This document shows positions 28,616 through 36,907 of a stretch of DNA of 64,000 nucleotides, piece after piece. The first letter of the stretch is position 1, and each line of letters opens with the position of its first letter. Source of the stretch: Actinomycetes bacterium (GTDB lineage: Bacteria > Actinomycetota > Acidimicrobiia > Acidimicrobiales > RAAP-2); contig JAKBTL010000042.1 of the NCBI GenBank assembly GCA_021844425.1, positions 2,133 to 66,132 on the forward strand. The letters are read 5' to 3'. Made by a program: the position numbers and the translations under genes. The notes below the pieces were generated by a model. It worked only from the letters and a program-made list of their open reading frames with translations, was not told the DNA's origin and ran no database searches.

Positions 28616-29584
28616 GTGACCCCAGGGTTTGCCGTCGTCGCGCCGAAGGCCGTCCAGGCGCTTCAGGTGCTGACGATCGTCGTCGGCGCCCCGCTCGTGA
28701 GCGGGGTGATCTCGCATGTCGAAGCGCGCCTGCAGGGACGGCGTGGCCCTCGGATCCTCCAGCCCTACTACGACCTCGCGAAGCTCTTCCGCAAGGAGAC
28801 GCTCGTCACCGACGAGTCGAGCTGGGTCTTCCTGGCGGCGCCGGTCGTCGCGTTCAGCTGCTACCTGATCGTGCCGCTGCTCATCCCGGTCCTCACGACG
28901 TACCCCCTGCCGCTCGGCTACATGGGCGACATCCTCGGCGGGGGCTTCGTGCTCGCGCTCGGCGGGTTCTCGGTCGCGCTCGCGGCTGCAGAGTCCGGGG
29001 CTCCGTACGCGCAGCTGGGCGCCAGCAGAGCGATGACGTTCGGCGCGCTGGTGGAACCGACGATCCTCTTCGTCGTCTTCGTGGTGGGCCTGATCACCAG
29101 CACCGATCTTCCCTACGCGCTCGCCGGAACCGTCCGCTCGTCGTCGGAGATCGTGCGGCCGGGCCATGTCCTCGCAGCCGTTGCATTCTTCCTCGTGGTG
29201 CTCGTGGACACCGGGCGGATCCCCGTGGAGACCCATACCGGGACCCTTGAGCTCGGCATGATCGACGAGGCGCGCACCCTCGAGCACTCTGGGCCCGCCC
29301 TCGCCCTCTTGCAGTGGGGATCGGCGATGAAGCAGCTGGTCCTCTACACGATCCTCATCAACGTGTTCGTCGCTCCCTTCGGCCTCTCCTCGAACGGCGC
29401 GCCAGGGTCGGTGGTCGGAGCGATCGGCGCGCTCCTCGGCAAGGCCGTGCTCCTCGGGCTCGTCTTCGCGGTGATCGACAACCTGTTCGCCAAGCTGCGG
29501 CTGTACAAGATCCCCGAGTTCCTGGCGGCGGCCTTCGGCATCGCGGTGCTCGCCGTCGTCGTCTTCTACGTGGGTCCTGCGTGA
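28616..29584 (+). CDS. HycD/HyfC (NuoH-like) membrane subunit of a group-4-hydrogenase-related complex
   Basis: The N-terminus QALQVLTIVVGAPLVSGVISHVEARLQGRRGPRILQPYYDLAKLF is collinear with the recalled E. coli HycD N-terminus. GTG 28616 is preceded by GGAGG; GTG 28604 is an alternative. Confidence 0.85.
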   Translation: MTPGFAVVAPKAVQALQVLTIVVGAPLVSGVISHVEARLQGRRGPRILQPYYDLAKLFRKETLVTDESSWVFLAAPVVAFSCYLIVPLLIPVLTTYPLPLGYMGDILGGGFVLALGGFSVALAAAESGAPYAQLGASRAMTFGALVEPTILFVVFVVGLITSTDLPYALAGTVRSSSEIVRPGHVLAAVAFFLVVLVDTGRIPVETHTGTLELGMIDEARTLEHSGPALALLQWGSAMKQLVLYTILINVFVAPFGLSSNGAPGSVVGAIGALLGKAVLLGLVFAVIDNLFAKLRLYKIPEFLAAAFGIAVLAVVVFYVGPA

Positions 29585-30252
29585 TGCCCGTCCACGTCCC
29601 CTCCACCACCGCAGGCGTCGAGGACGTCGTCGCGGTGCTCGTCTTGCTCACCGAGTTCGCGATGCTGCGGGGTCCGCTCCTGCGCTCCCAGGTGCGCCTG
29701 TACGCGTTCCAGTCGCTCGCGGTGAGCGTGCTCGCCGTCGTCGTCGCCGCGACGAGGCACCTGGCGGACATCTACGCGCTCGCCGGGCTCTCCTTCGTCT
29801 TGAAGGTGGTGATCGTCCCCGCAGTCATGACGCGGCTGCTCCGAGACGTCGACGTCGACCTCGCCGGCAGCTCGAAGCTGGGCGTGGCCAGCTCCATGCT
29901 GGTGGCGCTGGCGGTGTCGGTCTTCGGCTTCTTCGCCGTCGGGTCTCTCCACGTCCACTCCTCGCTCCTGCCGTCGACGACGCTGGCGGTCGCGTCCGCG
30001 GTCGTGCTGGTCGCCTTCGTGCTGATCGTGCTGCGCTCCGACGTGGTCTCCCAGGCGATGGGGTTCTTCTCGCTCGAGAACGGCGTGTCGATCGCGGGCC
30101 TGGTGATCGCCGCGGGGCTGCCGCTCGTCGTCGAGACGACGTTCCTCTTCGACCTGCTCGTCGCGGTGGTGGCCTTCGGGATCATCATCCGCGTCCATCA
30201 CGGCCGATCGAGGACCCTGTCCACCGACGAGCTCGACAGGCTGCGCGGGTAG
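29584..30252 (+). CDS. HyfE/HycP-like small membrane subunit
   Basis: 222 aa, polytopic. ATG 29584 overlaps the upstream stop (TGATG). Size and position match HyfE/mycobacterial HycP. Confidence 0.75.
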   Translation: MPVHVPSTTAGVEDVVAVLVLLTEFAMLRGPLLRSQVRLYAFQSLAVSVLAVVVAATRHLADIYALAGLSFVLKVVIVPAVMTRLLRDVDVDLAGSSKLGVASSMLVALAVSVFGFFAVGSLHVHSSLLPSTTLAVASAVVLVAFVLIVLRSDVVSQAMGFFSLENGVSIAGLVIAAGLPLVVETTFLFDLLVAVVAFGIIIRVHHGRSRTLSTDELDRLRG

Positions 30253-30260
30253 GAGGAGAG

Positions 30261-31811
30261 ATGGCTGCCTTGCTCGTCGTGCTGCTCGCCTTCCCGTTCG
30301 CCGTGGGCGTGGTTTCCTACCTGGTGCCGGTGCGGGTCTCCAAGGTCCTCGCGCCCGTGTCAGGGGCAGTCGCGTTCGCCCTCTCGATTGCCCTCGTGCC
30401 GGCGGTCCTCACCCACGGCCACATCACCGCAGGAAGCGAGCTGCGGGTCGACTCGCTGTCCGTGGTGTTCTTGATCGCCACCTCGTTCCTCTACCTCGCG
30501 ACCGCGATCTTCTCGGCGGGGTACCTGCATCTCGACAGCGGCCCGGCAGGCGCCCGCTACGGCCGGCGCTTCTACGCCGGCCTGAACGTCTTCTGCTGGG
30601 CGATGCTCGCCGCGCCGCTCGTGAGCGGTCTCGCGCTGCTGTGGGTCGCGATCGAGGTCACGACGGTGGTCTCCGCGCTGCTCGTCGCGATCGACGACAC
30701 CGAGACGGCGACCGAGGCTGCGTGGAAGTACGTGCTGATCGCCTCGATGGGGCTCGGCATCAGCCTGCTCGCGACGATCGTGCTCTACTACGCGGGGACC
30801 TCCGTCTTCGGGGCGGGCTACGACCTCTCGTACGCGAAGATGCTCGCAGCGGGGCACCACCTTCCCCCTGAGGTGCTGCGGCTCGCGTTCGTGCTCGCAG
30901 TGCTCGGCTACGGGACGAAGATGGGCCTCGTACCGGTGCACACGTGGCTTCCCGACGCGCACTCCGAAGCCCCGACCCCGGTGTCCGCGCTGCTCTCGGG
31001 GGCGCTGCTTGCGACCAGCTTCTACGCGATCCTCCGGTACTACCAGATCACGGCCGCGGCGATCGGCTCCGTCTTCCCTCGCAACGTCCTGCTGGTCTTC
31101 GGCCTCGCCTCCCTTCTTCTCGCGGCGCTCTACCTGCTGCGTCAGCGCGACATCAAGCGGATGCTCGCCTACTCGAGCATCGAGCACATGGGCGTCCTCG
31201 CCATCGGGGTGAGCTTCGGGGTGACGCTCGCGTTCATCGGCGTCCTCCTCCACGTCCTCGCGCACGCCGCCGCGAAAGGCACCGCCTTCTTCGGGGCGGG
31301 CTCGGTCGTGCGCAAGTTCGGGACGAAGGACATGGCGCTCGTGCGTGGAGGGGTGGGCGCGCTGCCATGGAGCGGCTCGATGCTCGTTGCCGCGGTGCTC
31401 GCCCTCTCCGCCATGCCGCCGTTCGGCCTGTTCAGGAGCGAGTTCCTCATCGTCTCAGGTGGGCTCTCCGATCCGCGCTACGCGGTCGCGGCGGTGCTCG
31501 TGGTCCTCGTGACGCTCGCCTTCGTGGGCCTCGGGTGGTCGACCACGCAGACCATGCTCACGACGGGGCCCGCGGACGCCGCGCTCGCCGCGGCGCCGCA
31601 CGCGACCCCGCACACCCCGCACGCCCCGCACGCCCCGCACGCCCCGCACGCCGCTGTCGTGTCATCTCGCGTGCGAAAAGGCGAGGTGAGCCCGTGGATC
31701 GTCCTCGCGATGGCGCTCGGCATCGCGGCGTTGGTGCTTCTCGGTGTCCACCTGCCTGCCGACCTCAGCAGGCTGCTCGACCATGCGGCGCACGAGCTGA
31801 GGACACCGTGA
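30261..31811 (+). CDS. HyfF/HycQ-like antiporter-type (NuoM/N, MrpD family) subunit
   Basis: AGGAGGAGAG directly upstream. Canonical motifs VHTWLPDAHSEAPTPVSALLSG, AYSSIEHMG, HVLAHAAAKG. PHA repeat near the C-terminus. Confidence 0.88.
   Translation: MAALLVVLLAFPFAVGVVSYLVPVRVSKVLAPVSGAVAFALSIALVPAVLTHGHITAGSELRVDSLSVVFLIATSFLYLATAIFSAGYLHLDSGPAGARYGRRFYAGLNVFCWAMLAAPLVSGLALLWVAIEVTTVVSALLVAIDDTETATEAAWKYVLIASMGLGISLLATIVLYYAGTSVFGAGYDLSYAKMLAAGHHLPPEVLRLAFVLAVLGYGTKMGLVPVHTWLPDAHSEAPTPVSALLSGALLATSFYAILRYYQITAAAIGSVFPRNVLLVFGLASLLLAALYLLRQRDIKRMLAYSSIEHMGVLAIGVSFGVTLAFIGVLLHVLAHAAAKGTAFFGAGSVVRKFGTKDMALVRGGVGALPWSGSMLVAAVLALSAMPPFGLFRSEFLIVSGGLSDPRYAVAAVLVVLVTLAFVGLGWSTTQTMLTTGPADAALAAAPHATPHTPHAPHAPHAPHAAVVSSRVRKGEVSPWIVLAMALGIAALVLLGVHLPADLSRLLDHAAHELRTP
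31596..31652. repeat. 9-bp tandem repeat, about 5-6 copies (ccccgcacg; PHAPHAPHAPHA)
   Basis: Read directly. In-frame in the HyfF-like gene. Confidence 0.85.
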
Positions 31812-33388
31812 ACGACGCCATGAAGACGTTGTGGTCATCGGCGCACGCGCAGCCAGCAGACGCCGAGGATGCGGGGGATGTCGCGGTCTTCCCTTCCACG
31901 CGCCAGCGCGTCGCCGCCGGCGCGCGCTTCTGCGGGCTCTTCGAGGGCTTCCGAGGCGCGGGCTCCCCAGGCGAGGGATCCCCAGGCGAGGGCTTCCGAG
32001 GTGCCGCCGGCGCGGCGCTGCTCGCGGTGGTGTCGTCGGAGGGAACGCTGTTCGTCGAAGAGGCGCGTCTCGACGCGGGGCGGAGGCCCAGGTACGAGTC
32101 GCTCACCCCGGCGACCCCGGCCGCAGGCTGGTACGAGCGGCGCCTGCGCGACCTGTTCGGCATCGAGCCGCTCGGCCACCCGCGGCTCGACCCGCTCTCC
32201 TTCCCCGTGCCCGCAGGCAGCGCCGCGCCGCGGGGGATCGGAGGCGACCCGATGGTCCCGATGACCCCCGACCCGAGCCCCCTGCCGGCGCACGTCCACG
32301 GCGAGGGCGTGTTCACCCTTCCCTACGGCCCGGTCCGCTCGGGCGTGTTCGAGGCCGTCGAGTACCTGGTGGAGACGTCGGGCGAGGACATCTCGCACCT
32401 CCGGACGCGCATCTTCTACAAGCACCGGGGGATCGAGGCGCGCTTCTGCGGCCTGGGCGTCGCGGACGGCGTGCTGCTCGCCGAGCGCGTCGAGGGCGTG
32501 GCGTCCGTCGCGCACGCCGTCGCCTTCAGCCAGGCGATCGAGCAGATCGGCGACGTCGCGGTCCCGCTCGAGGCGCAGCTCGTCCGCGTCGTGCACGCCG
32601 AGCTCGAGCGTGTCGCGAACCACCTGGACACCATGGTCCGCCACACCGAGGCGGCGGGACAGGCGGTGGCCTACGCCGTGCTCTCGCACCACAAGGAGCG
32701 GGTCCAGCGGCTCCGGGCACGGCTTTCCGGCAGCCGCTTCGGAAGGGGGGTGGTCGTGCCGGGCGGTGTCATCAGGCCGCTGCGGCTCCGCCCGTCAGAG
32801 GTGCTGGCGACCCTGACCTCGCTCGAGCGGGAGATCGACGAGGACGTCCGCCGGCTGATGGACACCCCGTCCTTCGTGGACAGGCTGCGGGGGACCGGAG
32901 TGCTCGCGCATAGCGACGCGCGCCGGTTCGCGGTCGTCGGCCCGGTCGGGAGGGCCTCGGGGCAGTCGGAGGACGTCCGCACCAGCCGTCCCTACGGCGC
33001 CTACCAGCGTCTCGGGCAGCGGATCTTCGAACCCCACGAAGAGGGCGACGCCTTGGCGCGCCAACGCGTCCGCATCGCCGAGATCGCCGGCGCGTTCCAC
33101 CTGGTGCGCCAGGCGGTCGACCTGCTCGACGAGCTCGGGGAGCCGCAGCGCTGGCGTGCCGGTGTCCCTGCGGTGACCGGCCGGTCGATCGGGTGGGCGG
33201 AGGCGCCGCAAGGCGAGCTGCTCTACGTCGTCGAGGCGGCCGAGGGGCGCCTCGTGCAGGTGAGCCAGCGCTCCGCGTCGTTCCACAACCTCGCCGCGTA
33301 CCCGGCGGCCTTCCCGAAGGACATCTTCACCGACGTGGCCTTCATCGAGGCCAGCTTCGGGCTCTCGATCGCAGGGGCGGCCGGCTGA
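31808..33388 (+). CDS. HycE-like NuoC-NuoD fusion ('large subunit') lacking NiFe cysteine ligands
   Basis: GTG 31808 overlaps the upstream stop; ATG 31820 is an alternative. NuoC-like WYERRLRDLFGIEPLGHP. NuoD/HycE-like LPYGPVRSG...RIFYKHRGIE...ERVEGVASVAH. C-terminus FIEASFGLSIAGAAG. Confidence 0.85.
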   Translation: MNDAMKTLWSSAHAQPADAEDAGDVAVFPSTRQRVAAGARFCGLFEGFRGAGSPGEGSPGEGFRGAAGAALLAVVSSEGTLFVEEARLDAGRRPRYESLTPATPAAGWYERRLRDLFGIEPLGHPRLDPLSFPVPAGSAAPRGIGGDPMVPMTPDPSPLPAHVHGEGVFTLPYGPVRSGVFEAVEYLVETSGEDISHLRTRIFYKHRGIEARFCGLGVADGVLLAERVEGVASVAHAVAFSQAIEQIGDVAVPLEAQLVRVVHAELERVANHLDTMVRHTEAAGQAVAYAVLSHHKERVQRLRARLSGSRFGRGVVVPGGVIRPLRLRPSEVLATLTSLEREIDEDVRRLMDTPSFVDRLRGTGVLAHSDARRFAVVGPVGRASGQSEDVRTSRPYGAYQRLGQRIFEPHEEGDALARQRVRIAEIAGAFHLVRQAVDLLDELGEPQRWRAGVPAVTGRSIGWAEAPQGELLYVVEAAEGRLVQVSQRSASFHNLAAYPAAFPKDIFTDVAFIEASFGLSIAGAAG

Positions 33389-34239
33389 TGCCCTGGATCC
33401 CCCGCGGCCTGCGTCACGGCATCGTGACGAGCGGCTACCCGAAGCGTCCCGACGGGTACGGTCCCGGCTTCTTCGGGCACGTCGAGGTCGCGCCCGCCCG
33501 CGGCGACGGTCCCGAGGCGCTCGCCCGCGGCGACGGTCCCGAAGCGCTCGCCGCGGCGGTGGACGAGTGCCCCACCGGCGCGATCACGTTCGACGGCGAC
33601 GTGGTGCGGCTGGACCGCGGGCGGTGCATCCTGTGCGGCCGCTGCGTGGCGCTCGCCCCGTCGACGTTCCGTGCCGACCCGGGCTTCGAGACGGCTGGCC
33701 ACGGCCGGCGCGCGCTCGTGGTGCCGGCGGCCGAGGACGACGACGCGGCGCTGGCGGAGACCCGGGCGCGGCTCGCCCGGCGGGTCCGCGGGCTGCGCCG
33801 CTCCGTCCACGTCCGTCATGTCGACGCCGGATCGGACGGCGCAGAGGAGTGGGAGGTGGCGGCGCTGACCAATCCCGTCTACGACGTCCAGCGCCTCGGG
33901 GTCTTCTTCACCGCGAGCCCCAAGCACGCGGACGTGCTGCTCGTCACCGGCATCGGCACGGCGGGCATGGAGTCCCCGCTCCGCCAGACCTACGACCTGA
34001 TGCCCGAGCCCAAGGTGGTGGTCGCCGCCGGGGTCGACGCCGCGAGCGGCGGCATGGTGCATGCGGGCTACGCCGCGCGCGGCGGGGTTGCCGGGTTCAT
34101 CCCCGTGGACGTGTACGTCCCGGGCTCCCCGCCGAGTCCCTTCGGCATCCTCCACGGCATCTTGGAGGCTGTGGGGATCCTCGGCTCGCGCCGGCACATC
34201 GGCGCGGAGGGCCCGAAGGATGAGGCGGGCGCCCGATGA
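33388..34239 (+). CDS. Ferredoxin-like domain fused to a NuoB/HycG-like 'small subunit' lacking cluster cysteines
   Basis: ATG 33388 overlaps the upstream stop. N-terminal ECPTGAI...CILCGRCVALAP. The C-terminal part is collinear with HycG (PVYDVQRLGVFFTASPKHADVLLVTG, PEPKVVVAAG, PVDVYVPGSPPSP). Confidence 0.85.
   Translation: MPWIPRGLRHGIVTSGYPKRPDGYGPGFFGHVEVAPARGDGPEALARGDGPEALAAAVDECPTGAITFDGDVVRLDRGRCILCGRCVALAPSTFRADPGFETAGHGRRALVVPAAEDDDAALAETRARLARRVRGLRRSVHVRHVDAGSDGAEEWEVAALTNPVYDVQRLGVFFTASPKHADVLLVTGIGTAGMESPLRQTYDLMPEPKVVVAAGVDAASGGMVHAGYAARGGVAGFIPVDVYVPGSPPSPFGILHGILEAVGILGSRRHIGAEGPKDEAGAR
33497..33550. repeat. 27-bp tandem repeat x2 (ARGDGPEAL x2)
   Basis: Read directly. In-frame, with one substitution. 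Confidence 0.9.
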
Positions 34240-36392
34240 CCGCCGCGCTCATCGTGGCCGCGCTCGCCTGTCTGCTCGCCGGCGCTGCGGTCGACCTGGG
34301 TCTCGGGACGCGCTGGGCCATGGTGCGCGCGCTGCCATACCTGCTCGGCGCTGTAGGCAGCGCCTGTCTGCTCGCGGTCGGGATCCACGCGACGCTCTCT
34401 CGCACGCCGACCACCATCGGCATCGCGCCGCTCTTCGACGTGGCGCGCGGCGCGTTGCGAGTGGACCCGCTCGCCGGGCTCTTCCTGACGCTCATGTTCG
34501 GGATCGGCCTGGCGGTGTCCTTGTGCTTCGCCTCGTGGGCGTGGTCGGACGCCGGAAGGGCGCACCGCCGAGCGGTCGCGACCGGCTACCTCACGCTCCT
34601 CGCCTCGGTGGCGGTGGTGGTGTGCGCGGCCGACGCGTTCGTCTTCCTCTTCGCCTGGGAGGCGCTGACGGTCTCCTTCTACCTGCTGACGTCGGCGCAG
34701 CGGGGGAGCGAGCGCCAGGCGCGCGCCCCGTGGATCACGGCGGGCATCGGGAAGCTGAGCGGAGCGAGCCTGCTGTTCGGCTTCCTGCTCCTGGCGGGCC
34801 GCACCCACAGCTTGGCGATCGCGAGCTGGTCGCACGTCGGCCCCGGCGGGCTGCACGACGTCGCGTGGGTGCTCCTCCTGGTCGGCTTCGCCGCCAAGCT
34901 CGGCGTGGTGCCGTTGCAGGTCTGGATCCCGGTCGGCTACCCGGCCGCGCCGGGGCCGTCCCGTGCCGCGATGGCGGGGATCGCCGCCAACGTCGGCGTC
35001 TACGGCCTCTGGCGCTTCCTCGGCGTCCTCGGACGACCACCGGTGTGGCTGGTGATCGTCGTCTTGCTTGCCGGAGGGGTCACCGCGTTCCTCGGCATCC
35101 TCTTCGCGGGCGTGCAGTCGCGCCTCAGCCGCGTGGTGGCGTACTCGAGCGTCGAGCAGGCCGGGATCATCCTCGTCGCCTACGGCGTGGCGCTCACCGG
35201 GGTCACCGTCGGCTCGACGACTCTGGAGGTGGTCGGCCTCCTCGCCGCTTCGCTCCAGGTGGTGGCCCACGCCGTCGCGAAGTCCACGGTGTTCTGCTCG
35301 CTCGCGTTCGCCGAAGCCGAAGCGGGGACCGACGACCTCGACGCGCTGCGCGGCGCGGGTCGCCGCCTGCCGTGGAGCGGCGCGGCGTTCGGGGCTGGCG
35401 CCCTGGCGCTCGCGGGGCTCCCGCCGACGATCGGCTTCGTCTCGGAGTGGTTCGTGCTCGAGGCGCTCATGCAGCAGTTCCGTCTGGGGGGGCTCGCGTT
35501 GCGTCTCGGCCTCGCAGGGGCCGGGGCGCTCGTCGCGCTGACCACCGGGCTCGCCGCCCTCGCGTTCGTCCGCGTCCTCGGCCTCACGTTCCTGGGCCGC
35601 CGGATTGACTCGACTGCCTCGGTGTCGGTGTCGGTGTCGCCGTCGTCGGTGTCGCCGTCGTCGGTGTCGCCGGTGTCCGCGTCGGCTGCGCCGGCGTCGA
35701 GTGCGGCGACGCGAGCCGGGGACGCCGGCGTGCTCGGACGGGTCGGTCTCGTCGCGCTGACGCTCGGGTGCCTAGGGATCGCTGCGGCGAGCCCCTGGGA
35801 GGTCCGGTTCCTCGGGCACGGGCTCGCGCCGCTCGTGCCGCGAGCCGGCGTGCTGGGGGCGCTCAAGTCCCCATGGGTGCTCCAGCCCGTCTACCAGGGG
35901 TTCTCCATCCTCTCGCCGTCGTGGCTGTGGGTCGTCCTGCCGTTCGCGTGCGTGGGCGCCTTCGCGATGGCGATGCTCTTGTCGAGGGGGCGCTACGTGC
36001 GGGTCCGCCGGGTGCCGGCGTGGCGCTCCGCCACCGCGGGGGTGGCCGGCCGGTCGTCGTACACGGCGTTCGGTTTCGCGAACCCGCTGCGCCACGTGCT
36101 TGCCAACGTGCTCGCGACGGAGCGGATCCGTCGTGTCCGACCGGTGGTCGCAGGGATGTCCGTCGCGGGCGAGGCGGAGAGCCGTCTGCAAGAGGGAACG
36201 AGCGTCCACGTCGAGTCGGAGACGAGAGTCGTCGAGCCGGTCGAGGCGTACCTCTACCGGCCGGCGTGGAGGCTGGCCGTCGCGGTGGCCGACGCAGCAC
36301 GCCGGCTGCAGTCGGGGTCGCTCAACGCCTACGTTGCCTACATGCTGGTCGCGCTCCTCATCGCGCTCGCGGTCACGGCGGCACTGCGATGA
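34236..36392 (+). CDS. HycC/HyfB-like (NuoL-type) antiporter-like subunit
   Basis: 718 aa. ATG 34236 overlaps the upstream stop (ATGA). AYSSVEQAG, HAVAKS. The C-terminal SYTAFGFANPLRHV region is typical of HycC/HyfB. Confidence 0.85.
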   Translation: MTAALIVAALACLLAGAAVDLGLGTRWAMVRALPYLLGAVGSACLLAVGIHATLSRTPTTIGIAPLFDVARGALRVDPLAGLFLTLMFGIGLAVSLCFASWAWSDAGRAHRRAVATGYLTLLASVAVVVCAADAFVFLFAWEALTVSFYLLTSAQRGSERQARAPWITAGIGKLSGASLLFGFLLLAGRTHSLAIASWSHVGPGGLHDVAWVLLLVGFAAKLGVVPLQVWIPVGYPAAPGPSRAAMAGIAANVGVYGLWRFLGVLGRPPVWLVIVVLLAGGVTAFLGILFAGVQSRLSRVVAYSSVEQAGIILVAYGVALTGVTVGSTTLEVVGLLAASLQVVAHAVAKSTVFCSLAFAEAEAGTDDLDALRGAGRRLPWSGAAFGAGALALAGLPPTIGFVSEWFVLEALMQQFRLGGLALRLGLAGAGALVALTTGLAALAFVRVLGLTFLGRRIDSTASVSVSVSPSSVSPSSVSPVSASAAPASSAATRAGDAGVLGRVGLVALTLGCLGIAAASPWEVRFLGHGLAPLVPRAGVLGALKSPWVLQPVYQGFSILSPSWLWVVLPFACVGAFAMAMLLSRGRYVRVRRVPAWRSATAGVAGRSSYTAFGFANPLRHVLANVLATERIRRVRPVVAGMSVAGEAESRLQEGTSVHVESETRVVEPVEAYLYRPAWRLAVAVADAARRLQSGSLNAYVAYMLVALLIALAVTAALR
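35621..35680. repeat. 6/15-bp tandem repeats (SVSVSVSPSSVSPSSVSPVS)
   Basis: Read directly. In-frame in a loop of the HyfB-like subunit. Confidence 0.85.
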
Positions 36393-36838
36393 GCGCGGCC
36401 GGAGGAGGGCCGCCGCGCGCTCGTGCCTTCCGGCGCATCCTCGTGGGCTACGACGGGTCGAGGGAGGCGCAGGATGCGCTGCGAACCGCGGTCGCGCTGG
36501 CTGAGGAGGTCGACGGCGACGTGCGCGTGCTTCTCGTGGTCCGCCCGCCCGCGCACGTCGAGACGCCCGAGGAGCTCGCGAGTGCCGCGTCGGCCGAACG
36601 CGACAACCTGTCGCAGGGCCTCGAAGCCCTTCTCCGCCCGGGACTCGGGCGAGTGCCCGAGACGCGCGTAGTCTTCGCCGACGACCCCGCCCGCGCGATC
36701 GCGGAGCACGCGGAGGTCCACGGCTTCGACCTCGTCGTCGTGGGGTGCCACGGGCGGGAGCGGGCGACCCACCGCGGCATCGGCCAGGCGCTCGAGTCGC
36801 TGTTGCGGCACCATCCCTGCCCGGTGCTGGTGGTCTGA
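36389..36838 (+). CDS. Universal stress protein (UspA family)
   Basis: ATG 36389 overlaps the HyfB-like stop (ATGA). RILVGYDGSREAQDAL ... DLVVVGCHGR ... GIGQALESLLRHHPCPVLVV. Confidence 0.8.
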   Translation: MSAAGGGPPRARAFRRILVGYDGSREAQDALRTAVALAEEVDGDVRVLLVVRPPAHVETPEELASAASAERDNLSQGLEALLRPGLGRVPETRVVFADDPARAIAEHAEVHGFDLVVVGCHGRERATHRGIGQALESLLRHHPCPVLVV

Positions 36839-36844
36839 GCGCTC

Positions 36845-36907
36845 TCGTCGGGGCTCGTCGGGGGTCCCCGGGGCTCGTCGGGGCTCCGCGGGGCTCGTCG
36901 GGGGTCC
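36845..36907. repeat. Degenerate approximately 12-bp repeats (ggggctcgtcgg) in the convergent intergenic spacer
   Basis: Read directly. A 7-bp-stem hairpin ggggtcc/ggacccc at 36901-36924 encloses the dynamin-like stop codon. Confidence 0.7.
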
